DNA of 53,688 nt, from positions 1-53,688 of the forward strand of contig CAYUPU010000002.1 of assembly GCA_964445265.1 (NCBI GenBank). The letters run 5' to 3'. Source of the DNA: an uncultured Methanomassiliicoccales archaeon. GTDB taxonomy: Archaea; Thermoplasmatota; Thermoplasmata; Methanomassiliicoccales; Methanomethylophilaceae. Below are positions 50,580 through 53,688 of the stretch, piece after piece (the first letter of the stretch is position 1; each line of letters opens with the position of its first letter). The notes below the pieces were generated by a model. It ran no database searches. It was not told the DNA's origin and saw only the letters and a program-made list of their open reading frames with translations. The translations under genes and the position numbers were made by a program.

Positions 50580-52493
50580 TCAGCGGCGGCGTCCGCCGCG
50601 GGGACCGTTCCCGCGGCCCCTGCCGCCCTTCCCGCCGTGCCTCTTCACGTAGCCGTCCTCGGCGAAGATGTCCTCGAACCCCTCGAGGTCGCCCCTCTTC
50701 TCGTATTCCGAGCGGACGTAGGCCTTCACGTCCTCGTCGGCGCACACCTTGGCCAGCCATTTGGGGCTGGGCAGGGCGGCGGAGTCGCCTATGGAGAAGT
50801 ACAGTCTGGCGGCCTCCATGTCCTCCCCCACGTCGTGGAGGGCGTAGACGAGGCGCTTGGACCATCTGGAGGGGTCGGATGCCAGCGAGACTATCGCGGC
50901 CCTGCACTCCTCCGATCCCGCGCGGTAGCACCGCTTCAGCCAGTCCAGCTCTTCCTCCTCCTTCATCAGCGACCCGGCCTCGATCATCCTCCGCGGGTCC
51001 CCGGCGCACCAGGCGTCGAGCCATTGGGCGTCCTCCCCGTCGTACATCCGCACGAGCGCCTTGGCATCGCCCTTCCCGAGAGCGATCTCCGCCATGGCGC
51101 GGGAGACGTCCCCGCGCCCCTTCACGGAGCCGAGCTCCTTCTCCGCGTCCTCGGACCCGCTCTTCGCGGCCGAGACCATCAGCGGGATCCAGTCGTCGCC
51201 GTCCGACTTGGCCCTCATGGCTCTGAGGTACCTTCCGAATCCGGAGTCCAGGTTCAGGTTGGCGGCCACGGACACGATCAGGTCCCTGTTCCCCGCCATC
51301 CCATCCCTCAGGTACCCCTCGGGGTCGTCGGACTCTATGTATCCCGCGAGGAATCCCGCCTCCGGAAACTCCCCCGACATGTCCTCCAGCCTCGCGAGCG
51401 CCTTGGCGTCGTTCCTCATGGCCCTTGCGAACGTCTGGTTGATGGAGGCCCTGGCCTTCGCGCGCTCCTCGATCCTCCTCAGATGCTCCGCGGCCCTTTC
51501 GGAATCCTTCCTCCTCCTGAGGCGGTCCAGGCCCTTCGCCACCATCTCCGGCCTCTCGTCCGCGCATCCGGCGAAGGCGTCTATGATGGGATCGTCGCCC
51601 TCGATCTCGTCGAGGCGGATCCTGCAGTATACGGCGAGGGGGCTCCCCTCGGCGGAGGCCCTGTCGATGAGCGTCCTGTCCGCGGCCGGGTCCAGCTGCA
51701 GGCGGACGTAGTCGAACTCGATGAGGGCGTCCTCTGAGCACATCCCGGCTATGGAGTCGCGGGCCGCCTGCCTCTCCTCGGGGCCCATGCCCCTGAGCAG
51801 CTTCTCGGCGTTGCCCTCGCATCCGCCGCTCATCCTCGCGGCGCCGTGGAGGTAGAGGACCAGGGCGAGGTCGCTCCTTCCGTTGACCTCGCAGTCTATG
51901 CCCTTGAAGAGTATCCTCTGGGGATCGGACGGGATGGTGACCCTGTCGGCGCGCTCCGTCGGCACGTCCCTTCTCCTGTCGGGCCGGCGGTCGTCGCGGC
52001 GTCCCCCCTCGCGTGGCCCGCGGCAGGCCCTGTCGCCGGACCTCCTCCCGTCCCCGTATCCCCTGTCGCGGGGCCGGTCATCCCGGGGGCGGCACCCTCC
52101 GTCGCGGCGCGGCCTTCCGGATCCGCCATCGCGCCCGTCGTCCCTGGGGCGGTATCTCTTCTCGCGGGGTCCGCGGTCGTCGCGGTAGGTCCTGTCGCCG
52201 GACCTCCTGTCGCGGCCGGGCCCGCTCCCGGACCTGTTGCCACTGTACGGTCCGTTCCTCTGACGTGTTCCGTCGCCGCGTCCGCGGGGTCCGTCTCCGG
52301 GCCGGTCATCCCTGGGACGGCGCCCTCCGTCGCCGCGCGCCCCGCGACCATCGCTTTTCGGGCGGTATCCGCCGGTGCGGTCGCCGTCGCGCTTCTGGCC
52401 GCCGCCGGAGTACCTTCCGCCGGAGGGCCTTCCGCGGTATCCTCCCCTGTCCTTCCGGTCGTTCCTGTCGTAGTGTTCGTCGGCCATTGGCAT
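50580..52493 (-). CDS. Protein with a long R/G/D-rich disordered N-terminus, a Sel1-like helical core and an RG-rich tail
   Basis: About 180 aa of low-complexity sequence, then repeats such as LYLHGAA..GC and WLKRCYRAGSEE; GGAGG RBS and TTTTAATA upstream. Confidence 0.8.
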   Translation of the reverse strand: MPMADEHYDRNDRKDRGGYRGRPSGGRYSGGGQKRDGDRTGGYRPKSDGRGARGDGGRRPRDDRPGDGPRGRGDGTRQRNGPYSGNRSGSGPGRDRRSGDRTYRDDRGPREKRYRPRDDGRDGGSGRPRRDGGCRPRDDRPRDRGYGDGRRSGDRACRGPREGGRRDDRRPDRRRDVPTERADRVTIPSDPQRILFKGIDCEVNGRSDLALVLYLHGAARMSGGCEGNAEKLLRGMGPEERQAARDSIAGMCSEDALIEFDYVRLQLDPAADRTLIDRASAEGSPLAVYCRIRLDEIEGDDPIIDAFAGCADERPEMVAKGLDRLRRRKDSERAAEHLRRIEERAKARASINQTFARAMRNDAKALARLEDMSGEFPEAGFLAGYIESDDPEGYLRDGMAGNRDLIVSVAANLNLDSGFGRYLRAMRAKSDGDDWIPLMVSAAKSGSEDAEKELGSVKGRGDVSRAMAEIALGKGDAKALVRMYDGEDAQWLDAWCAGDPRRMIEAGSLMKEEEELDWLKRCYRAGSEECRAAIVSLASDPSRWSKRLVYALHDVGEDMEAARLYFSIGDSAALPSPKWLAKVCADEDVKAYVRSEYEKRGDLEGFEDIFAEDGYVKRHGGKGGRGRGNGPRGGRRR

Positions 52494-52700
52494 CCTGCCT
52501 CCCCACAGGCACCGGCTATTAAAAGGACGTCATGGGCCCGGATCCCGGGAGCACGGCCGATGGGGCGGCGGCACGGGCGCTGCTCGCATGGAGGAACGGG
52601 ATGTGCGATGCGATGGGGATCCGGGCCTCGTCTTATGCGGATTAGAGGGCCGATGATAGGTATTTAGAGAAGGAGGATCACCGGAAATCCGGGTGACGGG

Positions 52701-53228
52701 ATGGCAGCGAGCTCGCTATGCAGGGGCCTGGTTCCGGATGCGTCCGAGGCTGTCCGCAACACGGAGATAGTCTTCGAGCGCGCGGAGACCGAGGAGGAGA
52801 ATATCCCCTGGCGCGAACCGAGGATCTGCACCGATCGGAGAGGATCAGGAAGTTCATCAGGGGCTGATCGCTCCACGGACCACGCTCTCCTCCCGCTCAG
52901 GCTCCTTCTCAAGGACGAGTATGGCGTCCAGGTCCGTTTGGATGCGTTCGAATGCTCCCGGAACAGGGACCTCGAGCAGTTCCTCTACAGGAACGCCATC
53001 ATCAATGAGGAGGATGAACTCGCCAGGACACATCTGGCCGTCCCTCCGGACGACCGCATCCTCGGCTGATTCAGCCTGAACCTCCGCTGCGGCATCGTTC
53101 CTCCGGGCAGCGTCTCCAAGAGCCTCTACAAGAATCCCAACGTCCCGGAGGATACCGACATTGCTCAGATGTATCTGATCGCCCAGCTCGGCCGTGACGA
53201 TCACCGGTCCGTTTCCGGATTCTCGGCA
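52701..53228 (+). pseudogene. Decayed GNAT-like acetyltransferase, possibly with a remnant of an upstream partner gene
   Basis: FECSRNRDLEQFL..ARTHL..ILG*FSLNLRC..AQMYLIAQLGRD, with in-frame TGA at 53067-53069; similarity stops at the convergent paralog. Ends approximate. Confidence 0.7.
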
Positions 53229-53687
53229 TTAGATAATCTGTATCATCTGATTGAGAGGCGGTTTGTCCGGAGCGGGTTCCGTGGTGCACAGGTATCTGAA
53301 GCCTTGTTCTCTATAGTAGGGAATGAGATTATCGAGGCAGTCGACTCTGATGACACGGCATCCTACAAGTTTGTTGGCCTGCTTGATCAACTCCACAGCA
53401 TCCTCCAGAAGATCCTTCCCCATGCCTTTGTATGAGCAGTCGGCCCTTCCGAGTTGACCGAGGAGGTAGCTCTGTGCGACGTTGTTGTCCGGATCCACGT
53501 TCATCTTCCTGCTCAGGGTTTTTGACACTTCTTGATTCCTCGGAACCTGGAGACACCTTATGGAGAGCGTAAAGTACCCTGCGATCCTGTCGTTCATGAG
53601 AGCCAAGTAAGTTCTGGCCATGTCCTTTCTTTCAAACTCTAACTCACCCATTATGAGGTATGTATCAAATCCAAGGAATATCCCATC
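53229..53687 (-). CDS. GNAT-family acetyltransferase (toxin-like), frame open to the window edge
   Basis: ARTYL, IAGYFTL, YLLGQLGR, GMGKDLL, GCRVIRVDC, YYREQGF; lower GC; ends in TAA. Confidence 0.8.
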   Translation of the reverse strand, partial: DGIFLGFDTYLIMGELEFERKDMARTYLALMNDRIAGYFTLSIRCLQVPRNQEVSKTLSRKMNVDPDNNVAQSYLLGQLGRADCSYKGMGKDLLEDAVELIKQANKLVGCRVIRVDCLDNLIPYYREQGFRYLCTTEPAPDKPPLNQMIQII

Positions 53688-53688
53688 T

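Noticed and set aside
53067-53069. TGA recoding (Sec or Trp) in the GNAT copy
   Set aside because: TGA is the normal stop of about 23 genes here, the aligned residue is Tyr and the copy is also truncated.
1-53688. tRNA, rRNA, CRISPR array, transposase or integrase, internal amber (Pyl) codons
   Set aside because: None recognised by eye; no recognisable gene is split at a TAG.

Overview
A GC-rich archaeal chromosomal segment. Gene content (archaeal MAT, FEN1, RNase Z, L40e, phosphomevalonate dehydratase, cobamide salvage, hydrogenase maturation, an LRR adhesin) points to Methanomassiliicoccales/Methanomethylophilaceae; this is an inference. I call about 50 CDSs and two pseudogenes, and see no rRNA, tRNA, CRISPR array or transposase. 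Main observation: about half of the genes (25 by my count) have an in-frame CGA at or near the point where the protein family ends, and most of these otherwise run on without TAA/TAG/TGA into neighbouring genes or promoters. I found no internal CGA among several hundred Arg codons read by eye in about 25 intact genes. With CGA as a stop, read-through tails and convergent overlaps collapse, CGATG stop/start overlaps appear, FEN1 ends exactly on its PIP box, and no gene ends in TAG. This suggests a variant genetic code (CGA Arg->stop) or an equivalent mechanism such as C-to-U editing or stall-and-release. CDS ends below use the CGA model, with standard-code ends given in the evidence. Secondary observations: a G13 tract puts the adhesin signal peptide out of frame, an ORB sits far from any cdc6, TTAGG-N4-CCTAA boxes occur at three promoters, PMDh-S is fused to a Nudix domain, and the crcB/acnX intergenic region is structured.
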